A DNA stretch of 64,000 bases from Burkholderiales bacterium (GTDB lineage: Bacteria; Pseudomonadota; Gammaproteobacteria; Burkholderiales; SG8-39). How positions within the stretch are numbered: the first letter of the stretch is position 1; every line of letters begins with the position of its first letter. Under the pieces are notes generated by a model that saw nothing but the letters and a program-made list of their open reading frames with translations, was not told the origin of the DNA and searched no databases. Of this stretch, positions 54,071-62,023 are shown one piece after another. The stretch spans positions 78,079 to 142,078 of the forward strand of contig JBBRAI010000002.1 of assembly GCA_038206915.1 (NCBI GenBank), written 5' to 3'. The position numbers were made by a program, and so were the translations under genes.

Positions 54071-55269
54071 ATACCGCAGCGATCGCGACGAACGAATTCG
54101 TCAGGTTCGGGAAATTCTTTCTGCAGGAGCTGAAGCCCAGAGGAAAGTGGCTCACGCCGTTCAATGTCATTTCCATCCCGATCATCCTGCTTGGGTTGTT
54201 CATACTGTATTTCCGTTTTACCCAGGGGCTAGGATCGGTCACCAACCTTTCGCAGAAATATCCATTCGGCTTCTGGATCGGCTTTGACGTGATGACCGGC
54301 GTCGCGCTGGCCGGCGGCGCCTACGTGATCTGTTTTGTCGTTTATGTCCTGAGGCTCGAAAAGTATCACTCGATTCTCAAGGTAACCATCCTGAACGGAC
54401 TGCTGGCGTATGTCTTTTATTCGGGAGCATTGTTGCTGGATCTGGGCCGGCCCTGGCACATCATCAATCCCATTATCGGAAATTCCTTCGGCTACAACTC
54501 GGTGCTGTTCCTGGTGGCCTGGCATTTTCTGCTTTATACGGGGGCCTTGTTTCTCGAGTTTTCGCCGACCATCGCCGAATGGGCGCACTGGGAAAGGCTG
54601 CGCAGATTTCTTACCAGCCTGACGCTCGGCACCGTCATAGTGGGCATTACGCTCTCGATGCTCCATCAGTCGGGCATCGGCGCGATGTTCCTGATGGCCA
54701 AGCCGAAAATACACCCGCTCTGGTATTCCGAATACATACCGCTGCTCTACTTCGTTTCGAGCATCTTTGGCGGACTGGCAATGGTCATTTTCGAGGGCAC
54801 GGTCAGCGGCAAGGTATTCAGCAATCTGATCGGCCGGACGTCCCACCATTCGCACGACGAAATAGTGCTTGGACTGGCCAAGGGAGCGGCGATCACAATG
54901 TTCGTGTACTACTTCTTCCTCGCATTTATTTTCATGCACGGAGAAAAATGGACGCTGCTCAACGGCCCGTGGGGATACTGGTATCTTATCGAGGTCATCG
55001 GCTTTGTGCTGATACCGTGCTTCATGTTTGCCTATGGAGTAAGAAACAAGAGGCTCGGTGTGATCAAGGTCGCTGCCGTCATGACCGTATTGGGCGTAAT
55101 TCTGAACCGGCAGAACGTGTGTCTGATCGCCTATAACTGGTACGTACCCGTAGCCGACAAGTACTACCCCTCCTGGCAGGAGTTTGTCGTCACGCTCATG
55201 GTGGTATTCGTTGAAGTATGGGTCTTCAGATGGGTCGTTACGCGCATGTCCGTCTTCAGTAAAGACTAG
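54067..55269 (+). CDS. NrfD/PsrC-family quinone-interacting membrane protein, HybB/HmcC-like
   Basis: GLGSVTNLS..YPFGFWIGFDV..GVALAGG, DLGRPW, LSMLHQSGIG, HPLWYS; about 10 TM. Confidence 0.9.
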   Translation: MNTAAIATNEFVRFGKFFLQELKPRGKWLTPFNVISIPIILLGLFILYFRFTQGLGSVTNLSQKYPFGFWIGFDVMTGVALAGGAYVICFVVYVLRLEKYHSILKVTILNGLLAYVFYSGALLLDLGRPWHIINPIIGNSFGYNSVLFLVAWHFLLYTGALFLEFSPTIAEWAHWERLRRFLTSLTLGTVIVGITLSMLHQSGIGAMFLMAKPKIHPLWYSEYIPLLYFVSSIFGGLAMVIFEGTVSGKVFSNLIGRTSHHSHDEIVLGLAKGAAITMFVYYFFLAFIFMHGEKWTLLNGPWGYWYLIEVIGFVLIPCFMFAYGVRNKRLGVIKVAAVMTVLGVILNRQNVCLIAYNWYVPVADKYYPSWQEFVVTLMVVFVEVWVFRWVVTRMSVFSKD

Positions 55270-55283
55270 AGCAGGGACGCACA

Positions 55284-55445
55284 ATGGAATATTACAGCTA
55301 CGTAAACATATTCGAGACGAAGGGTCTGGCTTACCTCCTGTTGCTATCCTTCCTCGTAATGGGCGTGCTATTGATCAGATACCTTTCGCACCCGAAGAGA
55401 GAAGATTCCAACGGTCGAGAGCGGGATCAGAGTGGCAGCGACTGA
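55284..55445 (+). CDS. 53-aa single-TM protein, HmcD-like (not in the ORF track)
   Basis: MEYYSYVNIFETKGLAYLLLLSFLVMGVLLIRYLSHPKREDSNGRERDQSGSD; AGGGA upstream; directly after the NrfD gene. Confidence 0.7.
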   Translation: MEYYSYVNIFETKGLAYLLLLSFLVMGVLLIRYLSHPKREDSNGRERDQSGSD

Positions 55446-55511
55446 GAACCGGGACGCGTTAGCCCGGCCTGGCCGGATGAACGCCGGAACAGCGCGCGGG
55501 AATCGAGCGAA

Positions 55512-57374
55512 ATGATCACCAAGATCGGCTTACGACTGATTATTGCAGTCGGCATCATTACGGTGCTGATCGTCGGGGCGTTCTCCTACCTCAGCATCAG
55601 AGCCCAAACCAGTGCATTGATAACCCAGGCGGGAATCAATGCAAACCAGTTGAGCGAAGCAATAAAGAACAGCACGCTGGCGAGCATGCTGGGAAACAGG
55701 AGCGACGAAGTACATTCGATAATAGATACCGTGTCGCACGATTCGAGCATCACGGAGATCCGGATACTCAACAAGGAAGGGGTGGTGCGATTTTCTTCCC
55801 GCAAGGATTCGATCGGGAAGATGGTCAACAAGCACGCGGAAAGCTGCTACGCCTGCCACACCGAAAATGCGCCCTTGCAGCGCCTGCCTATCGACGAAAG
55901 GATGCGCATATACAGGATCAGCCCGGAGTCTTCGCGCACGCTCGCGGTGATAAATCCGATCTACAACGAAAAATCCTGCTATCAGGCGGCCTGCCACGCG
56001 CACACAAAGGACCAGACGGTGCTCGGGGTGCTCGACGTGAAAATGGACTTGAGCCATGTAGACCGGCAAATCGAGGAAAACAAATTCCGCTTGATCGTGT
56101 TTGCCGCTATTTCGGTTCTTGCACTGAGCATCTTCATTGCCTATTTCGTGCGGAAATGGGTCGGCCGGCCCGTCAGCGAACTGGTAAGGGCGACCAAGCA
56201 GGTGAGCGCGGGCAATCTGAACTACGCGATTGAAAATCCAGGGAAGGATGAACTGGGAATCCTCGCAAGCTCGTTCAACAAGATGACCAAGAACCTGGCT
56301 GAAGCGAAGCTGCAGCTTTTCCAAGCTGACAAGATGGCTTCGCTCGGGCGGCTGGCGGCGGGCGTCGCCCACGAAATAAACAACCCGCTGACGGGGGTAT
56401 TGACCTACAGCAGCTTTCTCCTCAAAAGGACCAAGAACGATCCCGAGATGCAGGAAAACCTGGAAGTGATCGTCAGGGAGACGATACGCAGCAGGGAAAT
56501 CGTCAAAAGCCTGCTCGACTTCTCACGCCAGTCGCCTCCGAAAAAGCACGATGCGGACATATACAATATCCTGCGAAATGCAATTGAGGTGGTTGCCAGC
56601 CAGCTATTGCTCAAGAAAATAGAACTCGACGCCCGCTTCGACGCGTCCCTGCCGGAAATAAAGGTGGATGCAAATCAGATCCAGCAGATCGTCATAAATT
56701 TGCTGGTAAATGCCGCCGACGCGATTGGAGACGGCGGGGGAAGGATTTCCATAACGCCGTCGCTGATCTCTCTGGCGCCGCATGGATTGGCACAGATAAA
56801 GGCTGCAGTTTGCTCCAAAGGGCATGACCTGATGGACAGCGAGTTGAGAATCTATGGACTCCCGACCGTGAAGGTCAAAGTCGTCTCCAACGGCAATGTC
56901 GGGAGCGTCAACCTCGATCCTGTCTATGGGAAGCACAGGCACGAGTACGGCATCGAAATCGAGGGTGGAAAGAATTTGCAGGTATCGTGCCCGCAATGCA
57001 ACGTGTCTTTGATCGAAGAGAATGCCAGGTGCCCGAGCTGCGGCTCGTCGATTTATCAGTTCGAAGTGCTGTCGCACGGAGTCTTCGAGGGCTGTACCAA
57101 TCCCAGATGCAATTGGGAAAGATGGCAGGTAATGGATGAAGCCGGGCACAAGGACTACATAGAAATCAGGATCTCGGACAACGGTCAAGGCATTGCGAAA
57201 GAAGATTTGGCCAGAATATTCGAGCCGTTTTTCACGACGAAAGGGGAGCACGGAAACGGGCTCGGATTGGCGGTCACCTGGGGAATAATCGACAGCCACG
57301 ACGGAACGATCAATGTCGAAAGCGAGCTTGGAAAGGGCACGACGTTCATCGTTCATTTGCCCCTGCCCGCCTAG
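55512..57374 (+). CDS. Second heme-c-motif sensor histidine kinase, with a Cys-rich insertion in the HATPase domain
   Basis: CYACH and CYQAACH periplasmic; HAMP; AHEINNPL; N box NAADA separated from DNGQGI by a ~127-aa insert (CSKGH, CPQC, CPSC, CTNPRC). Confidence 0.9.
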   Translation: MITKIGLRLIIAVGIITVLIVGAFSYLSIRAQTSALITQAGINANQLSEAIKNSTLASMLGNRSDEVHSIIDTVSHDSSITEIRILNKEGVVRFSSRKDSIGKMVNKHAESCYACHTENAPLQRLPIDERMRIYRISPESSRTLAVINPIYNEKSCYQAACHAHTKDQTVLGVLDVKMDLSHVDRQIEENKFRLIVFAAISVLALSIFIAYFVRKWVGRPVSELVRATKQVSAGNLNYAIENPGKDELGILASSFNKMTKNLAEAKLQLFQADKMASLGRLAAGVAHEINNPLTGVLTYSSFLLKRTKNDPEMQENLEVIVRETIRSREIVKSLLDFSRQSPPKKHDADIYNILRNAIEVVASQLLLKKIELDARFDASLPEIKVDANQIQQIVINLLVNAADAIGDGGGRISITPSLISLAPHGLAQIKAAVCSKGHDLMDSELRIYGLPTVKVKVVSNGNVGSVNLDPVYGKHRHEYGIEIEGGKNLQVSCPQCNVSLIEENARCPSCGSSIYQFEVLSHGVFEGCTNPRCNWERWQVMDEAGHKDYIEIRISDNGQGIAKEDLARIFEPFFTTKGEHGNGLGLAVTWGIIDSHDGTINVESELGKGTTFIVHLPLPA

Positions 57375-57487
57375 CGCCGCCTAAGCCGGGACGCGGGCTG
57401 GTTCCGGCCGGGCGCACGATGTCGTGGCGCCGACATGGCCGGAGCCGGTCCGCGCCCGGGCACGCGGTGAACCCGCAGCCAGCGGGC

Positions 57488-57528
57488 ATGATCCAGATCA
57501 AATTCCCACATGCCGCTTCTGCTATAAA
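57488..57528 (+). promoter_or_regulatory. FNR/Crp-family box with candidate extended -10
   Basis: ATGAT-CCAG-ATCAA (57488-57501), with TGc-TATAAA 21 bp downstream. Confidence 0.6.
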
Positions 57529-57767
57529 TGCAGTGTGCTCTACGGTCGAAAAGGCATACGCGCATTGTCCTTGCCTGGCACCGGGGCCGAGCGCCACGCA
57601 ATTGTCTGATTAGGTCTTCGTTCTACATGGAATCTTCAATGCACTGGGGCGCGGCTCTCGCGCCCCCAGGCGCGTCAGCGCGAAGTTGCGTACTTCGATG
57701 GCGGGTTTGTATCGGTTCGTACGATGATCGATAAGACGCTTCCGCGTCATACCTAGGGACGGGAATC

Positions 57768-59057
57768 ATGCAAGGTAGAGGATTTGCAACGCTGGCGCTG
57801 GCCGCAATTTTCGGATTGGCCGGAGCGCTATTCCTGAGTCACGGCGTCGCCCGCGCTGCGGTCGCTTCCAACAAAATCGACCAGCAATGTCTCGCCTGCC
57901 ATTCGACCGCGGGGATGGAGAAGGAACTGCAGGGCGGAGAAAAGCTTTCCCTGCACATCGACGGGGCGAAGTTCGCGAAGTCGGTCCATAGCGTGATCGG
58001 CTGCGCCGTCTGCCACGGCAGCGTTACGCTCGAGAATCACCCGCCGTCCAAGACTAAGATCCCCAGCCTGCGCGAGTACTCGCTCGAGCGCGCGAAGGTC
58101 TGCAGCACCTGCCACGGCGACATCGCCAAGCAGTACGAGAGCAGTATTCATGCCTCGCTAGTCCGCGAGGGCAACCCGGTCGCGCCTATCTGCACCGACT
58201 GCCACAATCCGCATACGGCGAAGGCGAAGTCCGGCTATGACGCGGCCAGCGGGGCTCCGTGCAGCAAATGCCACGGGTCCATCTACGAGGCGTACGCCGG
58301 CAGCGTGCATGGCCAGTCCGGGCTGGGATGCCCCAGTTGCCACCGCGCCCACGACGTGAGCCCCGCCACCAAGGGAGATCAGCTGAAAAGCGCCTGCCTC
58401 GAGTGCCACCAGGGCGCGCTGGCCTCCCATCAAGTCTGGCTGCCGAATGCCGGACAGCATTTCGAGACGGTGTCCTGCCCCGTCTGCCACTCGCCCACGG
58501 CCAAGCGCAAGGTCGATCTCAGGTTATACAACAACTCGGCGAAAGAGCGCGTAGCCGAGAAGGAGGGCGTACCGCAGTTCGAAAACCAGGCGCGCTTGGC
58601 CGACAGAAGGGGCGTTGGCCTGGACGCGATGGCGCTGCGCAGCTTGCTGCAGGGATTCAACCGCGAGGGCGCCAACGATCAGGTCACGCTGCGGGGCCGG
58701 CTGGAGGTCAGCACGGGCATCGAAGCGCATCGGCTCGCGCGCAGCGCCCATGCGGTGCGCGATTGCGCCAGTTGCCACCAGCAGGGCGCCGGCGCATTTC
58801 AGAGCGTTACGGTATCGATCGTCGGTCCTGACGGAAGACCGGTGCACTATGGCGCGAAGCCGGAGGTCCTGCACTCCGTGATATCGATGGATTCGGTGGG
58901 CGGCTTCTACGCCATCGGCGGCACGCGCATCAAGCTGCTGGACTGGCTGCTCGTCCTCGCGCTGATAGGCGGCATCGGCGGCCCGCTTGGCCATATGACG
59001 GTCCGCTGGCTGTTCAAGCGATACGCGAAGAGAATCAGCGGCAAAGAGGACTCCTGA
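57768..59057 (+). CDS. Nonaheme periplasmic cytochrome c with C-terminal membrane anchor
   Basis: Nine CXXCH motifs (CLACH, CAVCH, CSTCH, CTDCH, CSKCH, CPSCH, CLECH, CPVCH, CASCH), repeated SVH/SIH, signal peptide, C-terminal TM ending in GH. Confidence 0.9.
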   Translation: MQGRGFATLALAAIFGLAGALFLSHGVARAAVASNKIDQQCLACHSTAGMEKELQGGEKLSLHIDGAKFAKSVHSVIGCAVCHGSVTLENHPPSKTKIPSLREYSLERAKVCSTCHGDIAKQYESSIHASLVREGNPVAPICTDCHNPHTAKAKSGYDAASGAPCSKCHGSIYEAYAGSVHGQSGLGCPSCHRAHDVSPATKGDQLKSACLECHQGALASHQVWLPNAGQHFETVSCPVCHSPTAKRKVDLRLYNNSAKERVAEKEGVPQFENQARLADRRGVGLDAMALRSLLQGFNREGANDQVTLRGRLEVSTGIEAHRLARSAHAVRDCASCHQQGAGAFQSVTVSIVGPDGRPVHYGAKPEVLHSVISMDSVGGFYAIGGTRIKLLDWLLVLALIGGIGGPLGHMTVRWLFKRYAKRISGKEDS

Positions 59058-59136
59058 AGCGCCGCAACCGGAGGCCGGCCCGGGGTTTCAGGTCGAGCCG
59101 CCGCGGCCGATGCCACCAAGCAAAAGGAACTATGCA

Positions 59137-59775
59137 ATGCCAAGAATCTACGTTCACCCGCTCCCGGTCAGGATCTGGCACTGGATCAACGCCCTCGGTT
59201 TCCTGGCGATGCTCTTCACCGGATTTCAGATTCGTTATATCGGATTGTTCGATCTGATGCCGTTCCGCACGGCGGTAGTACTGCATAACTGGATCGGGTT
59301 TGTGCTCATCGGCAATTTCTTCATCTGGCTGTTGTTCTACCTGTTTACGGACAAGATCCGGGTGTACCACCCGGAATTGAGCCCGATGAAGCATTTCCGC
59401 GCGAGCTTCCGCCAGGCCATGTTCTACGGCTACGGCATTTTCAAGGGCGACCCCAATCCGCACCACGTCAGCGTCTACGACAAGTTCAACTCAATGCAAA
59501 GCATGAGCTATCAAGTCATCATGCTGCTGCTGGTGCCGCTGCAGTTCTATACCGGCGTGCTGCTGTGGGATGTGATGCGCTTCTCCGGCATGATCGACGT
59601 GCTCGGCGGGGTACGCGTGGTGGATACGGCCCATGTACTCATTTTCATTTTCTTCGCCGGATTCATCCCGATGCATATCTATCTTGCAACCCTAGGCCAC
59701 ACCCGCATGGCGCACATCAAATCCATGGTGAACGGTTACGAGGAAGTCGAAGAAGAGCACGGCGGCGCCATATAG
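59137..59775 (+). CDS. Cytochrome b (FdnI/HyaC-type, 4 TM)
   Basis: RIWHWINA, VLHNWIG, KFNSMQ, DTAH, PMHIYL, SMVNGY; AAGGA ribosome-binding site. Confidence 0.88.
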   Translation: MPRIYVHPLPVRIWHWINALGFLAMLFTGFQIRYIGLFDLMPFRTAVVLHNWIGFVLIGNFFIWLLFYLFTDKIRVYHPELSPMKHFRASFRQAMFYGYGIFKGDPNPHHVSVYDKFNSMQSMSYQVIMLLLVPLQFYTGVLLWDVMRFSGMIDVLGGVRVVDTAHVLIFIFFAGFIPMHIYLATLGHTRMAHIKSMVNGYEEVEEEHGGAI

Positions 59776-59810
59776 GCTTCGCGCGCGCCGCAAATAATCA
59801 AGCCAAAAGA

Positions 59811-59848
59811 AAACGCCGGGGAGCATTCCGCTCCCCGGCGTTTGTTTT
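59811..59848. terminator. Bidirectional intrinsic terminator between convergent operons
   Basis: AAACGCCGGGGAGC-ATTCC-GCTCCCCGGCGTTT with A-rich and T-rich flanks. Confidence 0.85.
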
Positions 59849-59868
59849 GCCCGGCCGGTGATTCGCCG

Positions 59869-60657
59869 CTATTTCGTATCGGGGTGATCGGCCAGGGCGT
59901 TGGCGCCGAATTTGCCCCAGGCCTGGAACCCGAACCAGAGCAGCATGCCGAGCCCTACGATCGGTCCGATGATGACATATGCCAGCCCGATGAAAGGCGC
60001 GGCCAGGAATATGGCGGTGCTTTTCGCTATGCTGGAAGTGACCGGCAGCGGATGCAGCATTGCCGCTTCCGCGGATTTCTTCTGTTGCGACTGGATCGCC
60101 ATCCAGGCGAGCATGCCCAGACCAACGATGGGGAAGGTGAGGATATAGGCCAGCCCGACGAAGGGCGCCGCCAGGAACAGAGCGACATTCTTGACCCCGC
60201 GCGCGACGCTCTGTACTGCACCTGATGCGGGAGCCGGCGCAGTTTCGGCCGCGACCGGAGCGGCAGCGGTGTCGTGCACGGCAATGACCCGTTCCGACAG
60301 CGCTTTTTCCGCGCTGCTCTCTATCATCTCGGGCGACAGCGGCTTGCGCAGGAAACTGGACACGCCGGCGGCCTGCGCCCTGGCTTCGTTGTCGGGCGAA
60401 CCGTATCCGGTAACGATCACCACCGGCAGCCAGGGCTGACGCAGTTTCAGCTGCTCGGCCATTTCAAGGCCGCTCATGCCCGGCATCTTGATGTCGGTGA
60501 ATACGAGGTCGTACTTTTCCGCGTCAAGCTTGCTTAGCGCCTCCTGTCCGTTGCTCGCGGTGATTACCGCGTAGCCTTTGCCGGAAAGAACCCGGTCGAA
60601 ACTCTTTGCGACCACCGGGTCGTCGTCGACTACCAGAACTTTGTGTAAGGCACTCAT
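59869..60657 (-). CDS. Receiver-domain protein with duplicated C-terminal hydrophobic repeat
   Basis: KVLVVDDD...FTDIKMP...TGY...KPL, then two FLAAPF(V/I)GLAY...PIVGLGML repeats. Confidence 0.85.
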   Translation of the reverse strand: MSALHKVLVVDDDPVVAKSFDRVLSGKGYAVITASNGQEALSKLDAEKYDLVFTDIKMPGMSGLEMAEQLKLRQPWLPVVIVTGYGSPDNEARAQAAGVSSFLRKPLSPEMIESSAEKALSERVIAVHDTAAAPVAAETAPAPASGAVQSVARGVKNVALFLAAPFVGLAYILTFPIVGLGMLAWMAIQSQQKKSAEAAMLHPLPVTSSIAKSTAIFLAAPFIGLAYVIIGPIVGLGMLLWFGFQAWGKFGANALADHPDTK

Positions 60658-60674
60658 GACATTCTCCTTGCGCT

Positions 60675-61136
60675 TCAATTGGTGAAATTGCTGGATTTCA
60701 AACCGGAACGGGCGGCTGCGCCGATTCCGGCGTCCGCGCGCTGCTTGTCTTTGTGCAGCGCCCATTTCTTCTGCGTGATGGCGCCGCTGGCGACGTTGAT
60801 CACTTCATCCGGACCCACCGGCTTGGCCAGGTAGTCGTACGCGCCAAGGCGTACCGCCTCCTTGGCAGTCTCTATGTTCGGGTAGCCTGTGATGATGACG
60901 ACTTCGGTCTCGGGCCACATTTGCTTGATCGTTTTGAGCACCGTCATTCCGTCCATGCCCGGCATGCGCAGGTCGAGCAGCACCACATCGGCGGGCCGTT
61001 GCTCCATCACGCTCAAGGCCTCGCTGCCGTTCTTGACCACTTCGACGTCGCAGTGAATGCTCGAGAGCGTGCGGATATGGCTTAGGCGCACCACTTCTTC
61101 GTCGTCCACCACCAGAATTTTGGTCTTCTCGTCCAT
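60675..61136 (-). CDS. Stand-alone response regulator receiver
   Basis: ILVVDDE, LLDLRMP, ITGY, YLAKP; GGAG ribosome-binding site. Confidence 0.88.
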   Translation of the reverse strand: MDEKTKILVVDDEEVVRLSHIRTLSSIHCDVEVVKNGSEALSVMEQRPADVVLLDLRMPGMDGMTVLKTIKQMWPETEVVIITGYPNIETAKEAVRLGAYDYLAKPVGPDEVINVASGAITQKKWALHKDKQRADAGIGAAARSGLKSSNFTN

Positions 61137-61173
61137 TTCGATCTCCTAGCTCGCGTCTCTTGACCTAAGCAAC

Positions 61174-61188
61174 GCAACAGCCGTGCCA
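61174..61188 (-). promoter_or_regulatory. Sigma54 promoter for the two receiver genes
   Basis: Minus strand TGGCACGGCTGTTGC, a near-perfect TGGCAC-N5-TTGC. Confidence 0.85.
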
Positions 61189-61512
61189 GGCATCAACCGA
61201 GGAAGAACTTGTCTTTATCAAGTAACGAGTTAGGCGGGGTAATCGGGTGCGCGGCAGAGCTCCGCGCGGCACCGTCGGACGACCTGGAGTATATTTTTTT
61301 TGTACACGCCGACGCGCGTTCCAAAAGTTTCGTGTGAATTTTCAATCTGTTACGTCAGATGACAGGGAGTAATTTAGATATACACCGGCGGCGCGGCAGA
61401 ATCCCGGCGGGCAGCGAAGGCTCGCGCCCGCGGCGGACGCGCAGCAATCGTGGAAGGTGCAGAAGGTCAGGGCCGGCGCATACGTGCGCGCGGACCCCGC
61501 AGCGCGTCGGGT

Positions 61513-61986
61513 CTAGGGCGCGGTGCCCTTGGGATATCCGGCGGTGTTAAGCGCCTCGGTCCAGCCCTGCTCTTCGAAGTCTTTCAGGGTGACGACGCCG
61601 ACGACCATCACCGGCACGCGCGGGGCGCCGGCAAGTTTGATCAGTTCGTCGATTTCAGCGCGCGTGGCAACGACCTTTTCCGCGAACGGCACGCCGCGCT
61701 TCTTCAGGTAATCGGTTCCTTCCTTGCACGGCTTGCCGCATTCCTTGGACGTGTAAAGCGTTACGGGGAAATTCTTGACTGCCTGTTGCAGCGCGTAAGA
61801 CTGCTGGGCGGCGGCCACTTCAGCTTCGCCGACGCGGGCTCTGCCCTTCTTTTCCACGTTCTTGGCGTTGGCCGGAGGCTGTCTGTCGGTGTAGTGCACC
61901 TTGCCGCTTTCGTCGGTCCAGCGATAGAGCTGGGCCTGTACGGCGAGGGCAAATACCATGAGAGTAAATGCAGTGATTGCGCGCAT
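61513..61986 (-). CDS. DUF4124 + glutaredoxin-like exported protein
   Basis: LYRWTDESGKVHYTD; PVTLYT..CGKPC; GVPF; RVP. Confidence 0.85.
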   Translation of the reverse strand: MRAITAFTLMVFALAVQAQLYRWTDESGKVHYTDRQPPANAKNVEKKGRARVGEAEVAAAQQSYALQQAVKNFPVTLYTSKECGKPCKEGTDYLKKRGVPFAEKVVATRAEIDELIKLAGAPRVPVMVVGVVTLKDFEEQGWTEALNTAGYPKGTAP

Positions 61987-62023
61987 AAATCACCCGGAAA
62001 GCTTGTTTTACTGCTGCGGATTC

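Noticed and set aside
53186-55269. Hydrogenase-2 (hybAB) operon
   Set aside because: No NiFe small or large subunit and no maturation genes in the window, so gene symbols were not assigned.
56775-57155. Kinase insert as an intein
   Set aside because: No N-terminal Cys/Ser splice block, no His-Asn C-terminus and no endonuclease motifs; the Cys pattern fits metal binding.
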